A DNA stretch of 64,000 nt, taken from assembly GCA_045612185.1 (NCBI GenBank), contig JAZKYO010000108.1, forward strand, positions 3,352 through 67,351, written 5' to 3'. Shown here one piece after another: positions 45,218 to 54,851 of this stretch (positions within the stretch are counted from its first letter, which is position 1; every line of letters starts with the position of its first letter). The notes below the pieces were generated by a model. It did no database searches. It was not told the origin of the DNA and saw only the letters and a list, made by a program, of their open reading frames with translations. The stretch comes from Eubacteriales bacterium. Its GTDB lineage: Bacteria; Bacillota; Clostridia; Oscillospirales; CAG-272. The translations under genes were made by a program, and so were the position numbers.

Positions 45218-47431
45218 TTAAACGTATCCTCTGACCACGCTTATAACGTCTTTAAGTGAGTTAAGTCTTGAGACTATTGACGAGAAGTGGTCAACGTTTT
45301 TACAGCTTATTTTAAGATTAATGATTGTTGTTTGAGTATCGGGACGATTTTGGGTATTGATTTGAAGAATAGATACTCTCATATCCGCAAGAGCCACCGA
45401 AATATCCGCAAGCATACCTATACGGTCATAGGTGGTTATCTGCAGCATTGCCTCGTATTCATCATTGCTTCTTCCTGCGTTTTCCCAATGGGCATCCACC
45501 CATCTTGTGGCATCTGTTCCGTTTTTACGCGCCGACTCAACGTTGGGGCAGTCGCATTTGTGGATTGATATTCCGTATCCCTTTGTAATAAATCCGATAA
45601 CATTATCACCCGGAAGCGGATTACAACATTTAGCAAATTTAACCAGACATCCGCTTTCACCGTCAACGATAATTCCGCTGTTGGATTTAAGGTTTTTGGG
45701 CTTTTCAACCACCTGAATAGTTTCTTCGGGAGTCTTTTCCTCAACAAGATCCTCAGCTTTGACAATTTTGTCAAACTCACCTTTAAGTCTGTAAAAGACC
45801 TTGGAGACCGTAACACCGCCGTAGCCTATGGCGTTATAGAAATCATCCACGTTATTAAATCCGAATTTTGACGCCACGTTAAGAACGATTTCGGTTCTCT
45901 GGGCTTCTGTAGAGCTACGGGAATACTTTTTAAACTCCGCCTCGACCATAGATTTACCCATAAGAATATTATCATCACGCTTCTCTTTTTTGAACCACTG
46001 TCTTATCTTATTGCGCGCCTCGCTGGTCTTGACAATTTTCAGCCAATCGCGGCTTGGTCCTTTAGAGCTTTGCGAAGTAATTATTTCCACTATCTCGCCG
46101 TTTTGCGGTATTTTATCTATGGGCACTATCATTCCGTTTATCTTTGCGCCCGTCATTTTATTACCCACTGCGGTATGAATTGCATAGGCAAAATCAATGA
46201 CAGTTGAACCCGATGGCAACTGAATAACGTCACCCTTGGGGGTGAAAACAAATATCTCGTCGTGGAAAATATCGGTTTTTATGGCACTGATAAACTCGTC
46301 GGGGTCGCGGGTCTCGTTTTCGGTTTCAATAAGTCTGGAAACCCACTCAAGCTTCTTATCCATTTCCTCTTTCGAGCGTCCGCCCGACTTATATTTCCAA
46401 TGCGCGGCGATACCATACTCGGCTATGTGGTGCATATCCCAGGTCCTTATCTGAACCTCGAAAGGAATACCGTCGCGTCCGATAACGGTGGTATGAAGCG
46501 AGCTGTACATGTTGGGTTTGGGCGTAGATATATAATCTTTAAAGCGTCCGGGAATAGACCTGAACATTTCGTGTATAAGACCAAGCACTGTGTAACAGTC
46601 AAGCTCCGTATCAACGATTACGCGAAGCGCGTAAAAGTCGTATATCTCGTCAAAGCTCTTGTTTTGGGTGTACATTTTTTTATAGATACTGTACACCGAT
46701 TTGATTCTTCCCTCAAGGGTGTGCTTTATTCCGCACTCGTCAAGCTTATTTACTACCATTGAGCGCACACCGTCGATAAAGTTCTGATTCAAGCCGTAGC
46801 GCTTCTCAATATCGTCCTTTACCTCGGCAAAGCCAAACGGATCAAGATACTCAAGGCTGAGATTTTCAAGCTCCTGCTTGATTTTCTGCATACCGAGACG
46901 GTGTGCAAGCGGGGCGTAAACCTGCATGGTTTCAAGCGCGGTTATACGACGCTTATTATCAGCTTTTACGCCAAGAGTGCGCATATTATGAAGTCTGTCG
47001 CAAAGCTTTATGAATATTACTCTGATATCCTTGGACATAGCGAGGAGCATTTTTCTTATACTCTCTATATGCGCTTCCTCTTTGTCCTCTATCTTCATCA
47101 TAACGATCTTTGTAAGACCGTCCACAAGCATTGCCACGTCCTCGCCGAATTTCTTTTTAATTATGTCAAGGTCGGTTTTTGTTCCGCAATCCTCCACTGT
47201 ATCGTGAAGCAATGCCGCGCATATCGAATCTGTATCAAGACCAAGCTCGGCGACTATTTCAGCAACCGCGATAGGGTGCGAAATATACGGATCTCCGCTT
47301 ATACGGAACTGCCCTTCATGCAGACTTTTGGCATATTCGTAACAACCGATTATTTTATCTATATCGTATCTTTCTTCGTTCTTTGAAAGAATTTCCAAAA
47401 GGCGTTTGAGTTCTCCCGCGTTTTGTATCAT
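45218..47431 (-). CDS. relA: Bifunctional (p)ppGpp synthetase/hydrolase
   Basis: HD domain (HPIAVAEIV...LLHDTVED), synthetase domain (YSSLHTTV, YGIAAHWKYK), and TGS and ACT regions. Confidence 0.96.
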   Translation of the reverse strand: MIQNAGELKRLLEILSKNEERYDIDKIIGCYEYAKSLHEGQFRISGDPYISHPIAVAEIVAELGLDTDSICAALLHDTVEDCGTKTDLDIIKKKFGEDVAMLVDGLTKIVMMKIEDKEEAHIESIRKMLLAMSKDIRVIFIKLCDRLHNMRTLGVKADNKRRITALETMQVYAPLAHRLGMQKIKQELENLSLEYLDPFGFAEVKDDIEKRYGLNQNFIDGVRSMVVNKLDECGIKHTLEGRIKSVYSIYKKMYTQNKSFDEIYDFYALRVIVDTELDCYTVLGLIHEMFRSIPGRFKDYISTPKPNMYSSLHTTVIGRDGIPFEVQIRTWDMHHIAEYGIAAHWKYKSGGRSKEEMDKKLEWVSRLIETENETRDPDEFISAIKTDIFHDEIFVFTPKGDVIQLPSGSTVIDFAYAIHTAVGNKMTGAKINGMIVPIDKIPQNGEIVEIITSQSSKGPSRDWLKIVKTSEARNKIRQWFKKEKRDDNILMGKSMVEAEFKKYSRSSTEAQRTEIVLNVASKFGFNNVDDFYNAIGYGGVTVSKVFYRLKGEFDKIVKAEDLVEEKTPEETIQVVEKPKNLKSNSGIIVDGESGCLVKFAKCCNPLPGDNVIGFITKGYGISIHKCDCPNVESARKNGTDATRWVDAHWENAGRSNDEYEAMLQITTYDRIGMLADISVALADMRVSILQINTQNRPDTQTTIINLKISCKNVDHFSSIVSRLNSLKDVISVVRGYV

Positions 47432-47452
47432 TTGCTGTCCTCCTTCCGAAGT

Positions 47453-49582
47453 TTATCTCTGTTGTGCTCTCAGTCTTTTAAGTTGAGGCGAGTCATCAAG
47501 GTTTACCTTTGCCGCCACATTTTCAACAGAATATTCTATAAGTTCATCTGAGTTTCTTTTTATTTTGCAAAGTCCCATTTCGTCAAGCACGTCAAGTATT
47601 ATCAAAAGCTTGACGCGGTTAATATTTTCTCCCGCAAGCTTTTGCAGGCGGCTTTCGGATATACAGCCGTCGTCACCGAATTTTAGGGCTTTATAAACTG
47701 TCGCAAAATCCTCTCTCTGAGGAATGATATTTTCTTTTTCCGAAAAGCGCGCGCCGCCGATTATTTCGGCATAACGGCTTTTTTCAGCCTCGATTTTATG
47801 TACCACGCTTTCGGCAAGTCTTACCTCGCGCACGATAAGCTGAACGCTTCTGTATCCGTTATATTCGTTTATGTCAAGGTTGAATATTATGTCAAGAAGC
47901 TCTCCGACGTTGTAATTAAACACCGAATAATCAGCTCCGAACATAATAGCGTTAAAGGTTACGCCGTCCTTTTCAAAAATGAATTTAACATGCTTTCCGC
48001 CCTTAAGAGGCGTGGTTTTAACAATCCCCACATCTCTCATATAGAAAACGGGAGTGGGGTTAGACATGCCAAATGGCTCAAGCAAGGCAATTTCCTCAGC
48101 GCAACGCATGGTAATATCCTTTGAGCAAAGCTCAAGGTCAGCCTCAACCGACGTTACCCACATATCTTCGGTTTCAATGCTTCTTACATAGTCGTTTATC
48201 GTTTTTCTGAAATCGTCCACGTCGGCTCTTGTGAGCGAAAGCCCCGCCGCAAGCTCATGACCTCCGAATTTAACGAGATACTCACTTGATGCCTCAAGCG
48301 CTTCCACAAGGTTTACACCGCTTACGCTTCGTCCCGATCCGCGCCCCATATCAAAGCCGCCTCCCGTATTATCGCTATCCTCAAAGGTTACAAGTATAGA
48401 CGGAAGTCCGTATTTTTCCACTACCTTTGAGGCGACGATTCCTATAACACCGGGGTGCCACGAGTCTCCCGCAACCACAATGACTCTGTCATTTTCAAAA
48501 TCGTGGGTTTCCTCGATTTTTTTATAAACTTCATCAAGTATTCTCTGCTCCTCGTCCTGACGGGATTTGTTGTATTCACAAAGCAGCTCCGCAAGAGAGT
48601 CCGCTACGCTTTCATCGTCACCTTCTGACAAAAGCATAAGCTCAAGCGCGCGAGAGGCATGGGTCATACGCCCTGCCGCGTTTATTCTCGGCGCGATATT
48701 AAAGCTTATCGCATTCGTATTGCATTTTTCAGCCGACGAGCCCGACTTTTCAAGAAGCACTTTTATACCGGGACGCGGATTGCGTCTTATTTTCATAAGA
48801 CCGAAGTGAATAATGTTTCTATTTTCGTCCACCATAGGCATAACGTCGGCTATTGTGCCGAGAGTTGCCAAGTCGGCGTACTTTTCATAAACCGTTCTTA
48901 TAGCCGCATTTCGGTCTCCCTGACGAATCATTTCAATGGCGGTTATAAGCTTAAACGCAACACCGACTCCCGCAAGCTCAGCAAAAGGGTATTCCGAGTC
49001 TTTTCTGTGCGGATTTACCACGGCATAAGCATCGGGAATCTCCTCACGGCATTCGTGGTGGTCTGTTACGACAACGTCGACACCAAGCGCTTTTGCGTGT
49101 TCTATCTCGTCGATTGCGGTTATTCCCGTATCAACGGTTACTATAAGCGTAACACCTTTTTCGGCAAGCATATCTATCGCCGCGCTACTCATTCCGTACC
49201 CCTCGGCAAATCTGTCGGGGATGTAATACCCCAACTCCATATCGGGGTTAAGCTCTTCCAAATAGAGAAAAAGAGTTGCCGTTGCCGACACTCCGTCAAC
49301 GTCATAGTCTCCGTATATAGCCACACTTTCACTGTTTTCCACCGCCTCAAGAATACGCTCGACGGCTTTTCTCATGTCGGGAAGTCTGAAAGGGTCGTAT
49401 ATACTAAGTCCGTTTTTCTGTATAAAATCCTCAGCTTTTTTTACGGTATCGCAACCGCGCTGATAAAGAAGCTTGGCGCAAACCGACGAAACTCCGAGCG
49501 AAGCGGAGATTTCGCCTACCGCGGCAAGCGCGTCGGCATTTTCACCGATTCCGCCGACCTTCCATATTTTTTTGATTTCCAT
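47453..49582 (-). CDS. recJ: Single-stranded-DNA-specific exonuclease RecJ
   Basis: DHH motifs (IYGDYDVDGVSA, TVDTGI, VTDHHE) and DHHA1 (GGHELAAG). Confidence 0.94.
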   Translation of the reverse strand: MEIKKIWKVGGIGENADALAAVGEISASLGVSSVCAKLLYQRGCDTVKKAEDFIQKNGLSIYDPFRLPDMRKAVERILEAVENSESVAIYGDYDVDGVSATATLFLYLEELNPDMELGYYIPDRFAEGYGMSSAAIDMLAEKGVTLIVTVDTGITAIDEIEHAKALGVDVVVTDHHECREEIPDAYAVVNPHRKDSEYPFAELAGVGVAFKLITAIEMIRQGDRNAAIRTVYEKYADLATLGTIADVMPMVDENRNIIHFGLMKIRRNPRPGIKVLLEKSGSSAEKCNTNAISFNIAPRINAAGRMTHASRALELMLLSEGDDESVADSLAELLCEYNKSRQDEEQRILDEVYKKIEETHDFENDRVIVVAGDSWHPGVIGIVASKVVEKYGLPSILVTFEDSDNTGGGFDMGRGSGRSVSGVNLVEALEASSEYLVKFGGHELAAGLSLTRADVDDFRKTINDYVRSIETEDMWVTSVEADLELCSKDITMRCAEEIALLEPFGMSNPTPVFYMRDVGIVKTTPLKGGKHVKFIFEKDGVTFNAIMFGADYSVFNYNVGELLDIIFNLDINEYNGYRSVQLIVREVRLAESVVHKIEAEKSRYAEIIGGARFSEKENIIPQREDFATVYKALKFGDDGCISESRLQKLAGENINRVKLLIILDVLDEMGLCKIKRNSDELIEYSVENVAAKVNLDDSPQLKRLRAQQR

Positions 49583-50038
49583 TTATTCTCCTACGTCCTC
49601 ACCGTCGTTTGACACAAGAACTCCGATTATTTCTATATCACATCTTTTTTTGCCGACAAGGTGGGAATACAACCACACTGCGGCAAAAGAAACCGCAAAC
49701 CCAACGATAAGCGCAATATAGCTGTAAAGCTCGGTATTCCATATACCGTTTGCTATAAAATAGAAAGCGATTCCTATTACGACAGGCAACAAAAAAACAA
49801 GCGCGGAATAAGCAAGTACACGGGACGACGATGACTCTATTTCCACGGTATCCCCTGTTTTAGCCCCTATTTTATTAAGTGCCTTAGCGCTGAATTTTCG
49901 TTTTCCACCGGTAAGAGAGCATATACTGCATCCCTCACCCTTTTCGTTTTTATGACAACCGTCACAAGCCGACTTCCTTTCGACCTCAACCACGGCAGTT
50001 TCTCCGTCAACGCTTATAACTTTAGCTTTGGTAAGCAT
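49583..50038 (-). CDS. RseC/MucC-family (SoxR-reducing system) membrane protein
   Basis: AVVEVERKSACDGCHKNEKGEGCSICS followed by two TM helices. Confidence 0.8.
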   Translation of the reverse strand: MLTKAKVISVDGETAVVEVERKSACDGCHKNEKGEGCSICSLTGGKRKFSAKALNKIGAKTGDTVEIESSSSRVLAYSALVFLLPVVIGIAFYFIANGIWNTELYSYIALIVGFAVSFAAVWLYSHLVGKKRCDIEIIGVLVSNDGEDVGE

Positions 50039-50052
50039 AGTTCCTCCAAAAT

Positions 50053-51672
50053 TTACAACTGTTTATTTGAGAAGCGCGCCATTAAGGTCTTGGCCACCTT
50101 TACGCCGTCAACAGCCGCGCTGGTTATTCCGCCCGCGTAGCCCGCTCCCTCTCCCGCGGGATAAATTCTATCGTTGCCAAATGCGGTCATTGCCTCACCG
50201 CGTTTTATTGTAAGCGGTGCAGAAGTTCTCGTCTCTACAGCCGTAAGCACGACATCACAAGCATCAAATCCCGATATTTTTTTGCCAAAATCAGCGAATC
50301 CGATTTTAAGGCTGTCGACAATATGTGACGGAAAAATTTGAGCTATATCGGCAACCTTACAAGCTCCTCCCATATATGTGGGAAGAACTCTTGCAGGCTC
50401 GGTCACCGCTTTTCCATCAAAGAAATCGCCCATAGTCTGGCAAGGAGCAGTATAGTCTCCGCCACCAAGCCAAAAGGCTTTTCTTTCAAGGCTTCGCTGA
50501 AACTCGATTGCCGCCCTTACGTCCCGACCGAAATCATCCGGAGAAACCGAGACAGCCACCGCTGAATTGGCGTTTTTCCCGTCTCTCGCGTAACGGCTCA
50601 TACCGTTTACAACAACTCCGCCCTCCTCGGACGCCGCCGCCACGACCTCACCACCGGGGCACATACAAAAAGTATAAACGCCTCTATCGCCCTTGGTGTA
50701 GGAAAGATTATACTCCCCTTTCCCAAGTTTTGCGTGTCCCGCAAAGTCTCCGAAAAGAGCCTTATCTATATCCTCCTGTAAATGCTCCACACGCACGCCC
50801 ACCGAAAAGGGCTTTGGTGCGATATCAAAGCCTTGGCTCATAAGCATTTCGTAGGTATCCCTTGCGCTGTGACCTACTGCCAGAACACAAGCTCCGCACT
50901 CGATGTCACCAAACGTGGTTTTGGCTACCAGATTTTTGCCTTTCGTTTCAAAAGAGTCAAGTCGGCAATTATACACAAGTCTGCCGCCAAGTCGCTCTAT
51001 TTCGTGTAAAACCGCGGACACCACTCCGCGAAGCACGTCTGTACCGATATGCGGCTTTGCCTTGGTAAGAATATCATCGGGCGCGCCGAATTTATGGAAG
51101 GTTTCGAGAACGAAGTCGCAGTTTGCGTCATTTATTCTTGTCACAAGCTTTCCGTCCGAGAAAGTTCCCGCTCCGCCCGCTCCGAACTGAATATTCGTAG
51201 CGGTATTAAGGACCTTTGTCTTATAAAATTTATCCACCTCGGCAACTCTATCCTCAACCGAGCCGCCACGATCGATAAGTATGGGCTTGTATCCGTTTTG
51301 CGCCAACAAAAGTGCCGCAAACATTCCGCAAGGCCCCATTCCGACCACCAAAGGGGGGGCAAACAGTGTTTCATCCCCCTGCTTTATTTCAAACTCTTGA
51401 TGACCGCAGATTCTTACAGAATTGCGTTCAAGATTTGCCTTGTTTACCAAAACAGGCTCATCTGAGGTTGCCATAACCGAGCATACCGTCTTTATATCCT
51501 GCTTTTTTCTGGCATCTATCGACTTTTTATAAAGTCGAAAATGAAGCGGCGACGGGTTAACCCCCGCGCGCTTCATTCTCTGCTCCGCTGTTTTTATTAT
51601 TTCCCCATCGTCACAAGTAAACGGCAAGGAAATATTTGATATTATGAATTTTGAAGCCTTGATTTTCTCCAT
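50053..51672 (-). CDS. FAD-dependent oxidoreductase (COG2509-like)
   Basis: The track ORF is trimmed to the ATG at 51672 (MEKIKASKFIISNISLPF). Dinucleotide-binding motif VVGMGPCGMFAALLLAQNG, plus GAGGAGTFSDGKL. Confidence 0.85.
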   Translation of the reverse strand: MEKIKASKFIISNISLPFTCDDGEIIKTAEQRMKRAGVNPSPLHFRLYKKSIDARKKQDIKTVCSVMATSDEPVLVNKANLERNSVRICGHQEFEIKQGDETLFAPPLVVGMGPCGMFAALLLAQNGYKPILIDRGGSVEDRVAEVDKFYKTKVLNTATNIQFGAGGAGTFSDGKLVTRINDANCDFVLETFHKFGAPDDILTKAKPHIGTDVLRGVVSAVLHEIERLGGRLVYNCRLDSFETKGKNLVAKTTFGDIECGACVLAVGHSARDTYEMLMSQGFDIAPKPFSVGVRVEHLQEDIDKALFGDFAGHAKLGKGEYNLSYTKGDRGVYTFCMCPGGEVVAAASEEGGVVVNGMSRYARDGKNANSAVAVSVSPDDFGRDVRAAIEFQRSLERKAFWLGGGDYTAPCQTMGDFFDGKAVTEPARVLPTYMGGACKVADIAQIFPSHIVDSLKIGFADFGKKISGFDACDVVLTAVETRTSAPLTIKRGEAMTAFGNDRIYPAGEGAGYAGGITSAAVDGVKVAKTLMARFSNKQL

Positions 51673-51676
51673 CTGA

Positions 51677-51943
51677 TTACTCTGCGCTTCCCGAAACTGT
51701 GCCCTGGTCGCCACTGAAAGCAGGCAACGGAGCGGGTGTTGCCGCATCCATATTTATGTTTGATATGATAAGCCAGATTACAAAAGCGATCACCACGCAA
51801 ATGATAATTGCGATAAGATTCTGTTTCTTTGCCGATTTTTCCGAATAGTTATCGTTCTGAGCATCCGAATTTTCCGCCGCTCTTATTTCGGAGGTGTCGG
51901 TTGGTCTGAATTCGGCTGTATTTTGAGGATATTCCTTTTCCAT
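51677..51943 (-). CDS. Small single-pass membrane protein (88 aa), unknown function
   Basis: It sits between cdaA and the FAD protein. It has an acidic N-terminus, one TM helix (LIAIIICVVIAFVIWLIISNI) and a short Pro/Ala tail. I recognise no family. Confidence 0.45.
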   Translation of the reverse strand: MEKEYPQNTAEFRPTDTSEIRAAENSDAQNDNYSEKSAKKQNLIAIIICVVIAFVIWLIISNINMDAATPAPLPAFSGDQGTVSGSAE

Positions 51944-51963
51944 GGTTCTATCTCCGTTCGGTA

Positions 51964-52848
51964 TTACTTGTTTTTGTTTTGAGATGCTCCGTTTTTCTGG
52001 AGATTCTTATAGTTAGGACCTACAAGAATATTAAGTAGCTCCTGCTTGAGAGTGAGTCTTTTATAATTGCGCTTAAGCGTACCGTTGACTGCCATTGAAA
52101 CTATTCCTGTTTCTTCAGAAACCACAACCACCACAGCGTCACTGACCTCACTGATACCAAGCGCCGCTCTGTGTCTCGTTCCCAGCGACGAGGTTATCTC
52201 CTCGCTGTTGGAAAGCGGCAGCATACAGGAAGCCGCGTATATACGGTAATCTCTGATTATCACCGCTCCGTCGTGAAGGGGCGCGCGGTTAAAGAATATG
52301 TTACCGATAAGACGGCGCGAAATATGGGCGTTAAGAACAACTCCGCTCTTGGTAAACTCACCAAGCTTTGTCGTACGTTCAAACACTATAAGAGCACCTG
52401 TTTTGGAGCGAGCCATTTCAAAAACGGCATCGCAAACCGAGTCAATCGACTCCATAATATTCGCCTGCTCACCGCTGTCAGACGAGAAACGTTTTGCGCC
52501 CAGAGAAAGAGGTGTATTTCCCACTTTTTCGAGAGCGGCGCGCAGTTCGGGTTGGAACAGTATGATAAGCGCTGTTAATCCTACCTGGAAGAAATTTTGG
52601 AAAATGAAGGTTATTGAATTGAGGTGAAAGGCGTAGCTGAACACCAATATGCCGACCACAATAGCGAGACCTATAAGCAACTGGCTTGCGCGTCTGTCTC
52701 TGATAAACTTATACACGTAGTAAAGCATCAGCGAAAGCAAGGCAATATCTATTATATCGTTTAAGCCGAACACCAGCTTTCCGTTGTTGAAAAAGTGTAT
52801 CCAGACTCGATTGGTCCAGAAATTGGCAACAGCATCAATTATATTCAT
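51964..52848 (-). CDS. cdaA: Diadenylate cyclase CdaA
   Basis: The track ORF is trimmed to the ATG at 52848, after GGAGGTGG. Three N-terminal TM helices. DAC domain with TGALIVFER, APLHDGAVIIR, LGTRHRAALGISEVSDAVVVVVSEETG. Confidence 0.94.
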   Translation of the reverse strand: MNIIDAVANFWTNRVWIHFFNNGKLVFGLNDIIDIALLSLMLYYVYKFIRDRRASQLLIGLAIVVGILVFSYAFHLNSITFIFQNFFQVGLTALIILFQPELRAALEKVGNTPLSLGAKRFSSDSGEQANIMESIDSVCDAVFEMARSKTGALIVFERTTKLGEFTKSGVVLNAHISRRLIGNIFFNRAPLHDGAVIIRDYRIYAASCMLPLSNSEEITSSLGTRHRAALGISEVSDAVVVVVSEETGIVSMAVNGTLKRNYKRLTLKQELLNILVGPNYKNLQKNGASQNKNK

Positions 52849-53209
52849 TTGGGCCACCTCCGTACAAAGCAATAAATATTCGAAATCGAGGCAAAATAAT
52901 ATGCTCCGTTACATTCTTATTTAATTATATCATACATCTACTGAAATTTCAAACATTTTCGAAAAAAAATTCAAAAAAATTGTTAATTTTTTTAGAACAA
53001 TCCTCATGATTTTCGTTGTTTTTATTATTTTTTGATTTTTTACCGTTTTTGGGGCGTGGAAACGAGGCGTATTTCGGTAAAATTTGTTTTCAATTAGTCA
53101 ATAGTTGCTTTCTTTTCCAAGTTTTTTCCAAAAAATTTCAAAGTCCTTGATTTTTTGAAAGTTATGTGCTATACTGAGAATACATCTTTTATTTAAGAAA
53201 GGAATAGAC

Positions 53210-54691
53210 ATGAGAAATCTTATCAAAGCACTCGCGCTTGTGTTGGCGTTGCTTACAGTTCTCTCCTGCTTTGCCGCTTGTGGCGGAAACGGAGACGACA
53301 CCACTCTCCCCCAAGCATCGGGAGAAAACACTAACGTAGACAAATACGGTCGTGATTACATCGCAGACTCAATCCCCGCGGATCTCCGCTTCGACGGTGA
53401 AACCGTAACTTTCTTTACAAGAAGTGATAACGCTTATCACGCTATCGAAATGGACACCGACAACACTATCAACGATACTGTTAACGATGCTATATTTTAC
53501 AGAAACGCTACCGTTGAACAGCGTCTCGGCATCACAATAGACCAAATTTCTCAGCCCGGATCGTGGGGCGCTCATACCGAGTGGCTTCAAGCGCTCAGAA
53601 ATACGGTTCTTACCAAGACCGGAGACTACGACTGCGCGGCTATCTACGCATCGCAGGGATCCGCTCTCGCGACAGAGGGTATTTACTACAACGTAAAGAA
53701 CATTGAGCATCTCGACCTCAAAAAGCCTTGGTGGAATCAGACTCTTCTTGACGAGCTTGAAATATTTGATACCATTTATTTCCTCGGCGGTGATATAGCG
53801 ATTTCGCAGATTACAAGAGCAGGTCTTACCGTTTACAACAAAAGGCTGTTCAACGAATATTTCAAAGAGTTGAGCGTTTATGAGCTTGTTGACAACTACG
53901 ATTGGACCATTGACAAGCTTTACGAGCTTTCCTCCCAAGTATGGGTTGATGAAAACGGCTCGGGTGTTGCTGACGACGGCGACCTTGTTGGCTTTCTTGA
54001 CTATGGGGGCGATGGCTGGCTTGACATTTGGATTGCCGCTCTCGGTGTAAACATCACCGAAAAAGACAGTGAGGGATATCCCTACATAGCCATATACAAC
54101 GAGAGATCGGTTGACGCATTTGAGAAGCTTCAGCGCTTAAATTATGACAACCCCGGTGCAATTCCGACGGCAATCCCCCGCGTTGACACTACGTTCAACA
54201 AAGGAAACGTTCTCTTCGCTTCTTCTTATCTTGAGGCTTGCGAGGAATACAGAAATATGACAGATTCCTACGGAGCCCTTCCCATGCCTATGTATGACAA
54301 AGAGCAGGGGCATTACGCGTCATATCCCCAAAACGGTTGCTCGCTTATAACCGTTCTTTCCACATGCCAGAACACAGAACTTATAGGCGCGACCCTTGAG
54401 CTTATGGCGGCAGAGTCTTACAGACAGGTCATCCCCGAATATTATCAGGTTTGTCTACAGGGTAAATACTCCGCTGACGCTGACGACGCAAGAATGTACG
54501 ACAAAATCACCCAGGGTATAAAGCTTGATTTTGGATTTATATACGCCACCGCAAGTATCGCTTCCGTAAACGCTCTTTTCAGAGACCTTGACGGAGATAT
54601 TGCGCAGTCTTATCAATCCAACAAGGTTAAGTACGAAACGGCTCTTGAAGATCTTATAACCGCGCTTGACGATATATCCTTTATGTCTTAA
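53210..54691 (+). CDS. Lipoprotein, extracellular solute-binding-protein-like (LplA-type), with no adjacent permease genes
   Basis: Lipobox LSCFAAC|GG. 493 aa with an SBP-like alternation (VTFFTRSD..., DCAAIYASQG..., LPMPMYD...). Monocistronic, with its own promoter (TTGATT-17-TATACT) and terminator. Confidence 0.7.
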   Translation: MRNLIKALALVLALLTVLSCFAACGGNGDDTTLPQASGENTNVDKYGRDYIADSIPADLRFDGETVTFFTRSDNAYHAIEMDTDNTINDTVNDAIFYRNATVEQRLGITIDQISQPGSWGAHTEWLQALRNTVLTKTGDYDCAAIYASQGSALATEGIYYNVKNIEHLDLKKPWWNQTLLDELEIFDTIYFLGGDIAISQITRAGLTVYNKRLFNEYFKELSVYELVDNYDWTIDKLYELSSQVWVDENGSGVADDGDLVGFLDYGGDGWLDIWIAALGVNITEKDSEGYPYIAIYNERSVDAFEKLQRLNYDNPGAIPTAIPRVDTTFNKGNVLFASSYLEACEEYRNMTDSYGALPMPMYDKEQGHYASYPQNGCSLITVLSTCQNTELIGATLELMAAESYRQVIPEYYQVCLQGKYSADADDARMYDKITQGIKLDFGFIYATASIASVNALFRDLDGDIAQSYQSNKVKYETALEDLITALDDISFMS

Positions 54692-54701
54692 GCTTTTCAG
54701 C

Positions 54702-54741
54702 AATCGGTTGGAACGTGAAATCACGTTCCAACCGATTTTTA
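54702..54741 (+). terminator. Strong rho-independent terminator
   Basis: Perfect 16-bp stem AATCGGTTGGAACGTG/CACGTTCCAACCGATT (54702-54717 with 54722-54737) followed by a T-run. Confidence 0.85.
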
Positions 54742-54851
54742 CTTTGTAAAATACACAAAAAGCCTTTGCTTTTTTTGGTAATAAATACGCTTGATTTTTC
54801 GATGTCTGTGTAGTATAATGAATGTATATTCTAAAAATGAGGAAGCTTATT

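Noticed and set aside
53098-53343. An 81-aa minus-strand ORF spanning the SBP-lipoprotein promoter and start.
   Set aside because: It overlaps the promoter, RBS and signal-peptide coding region of a well-supported plus-strand gene, and it has no RBS.
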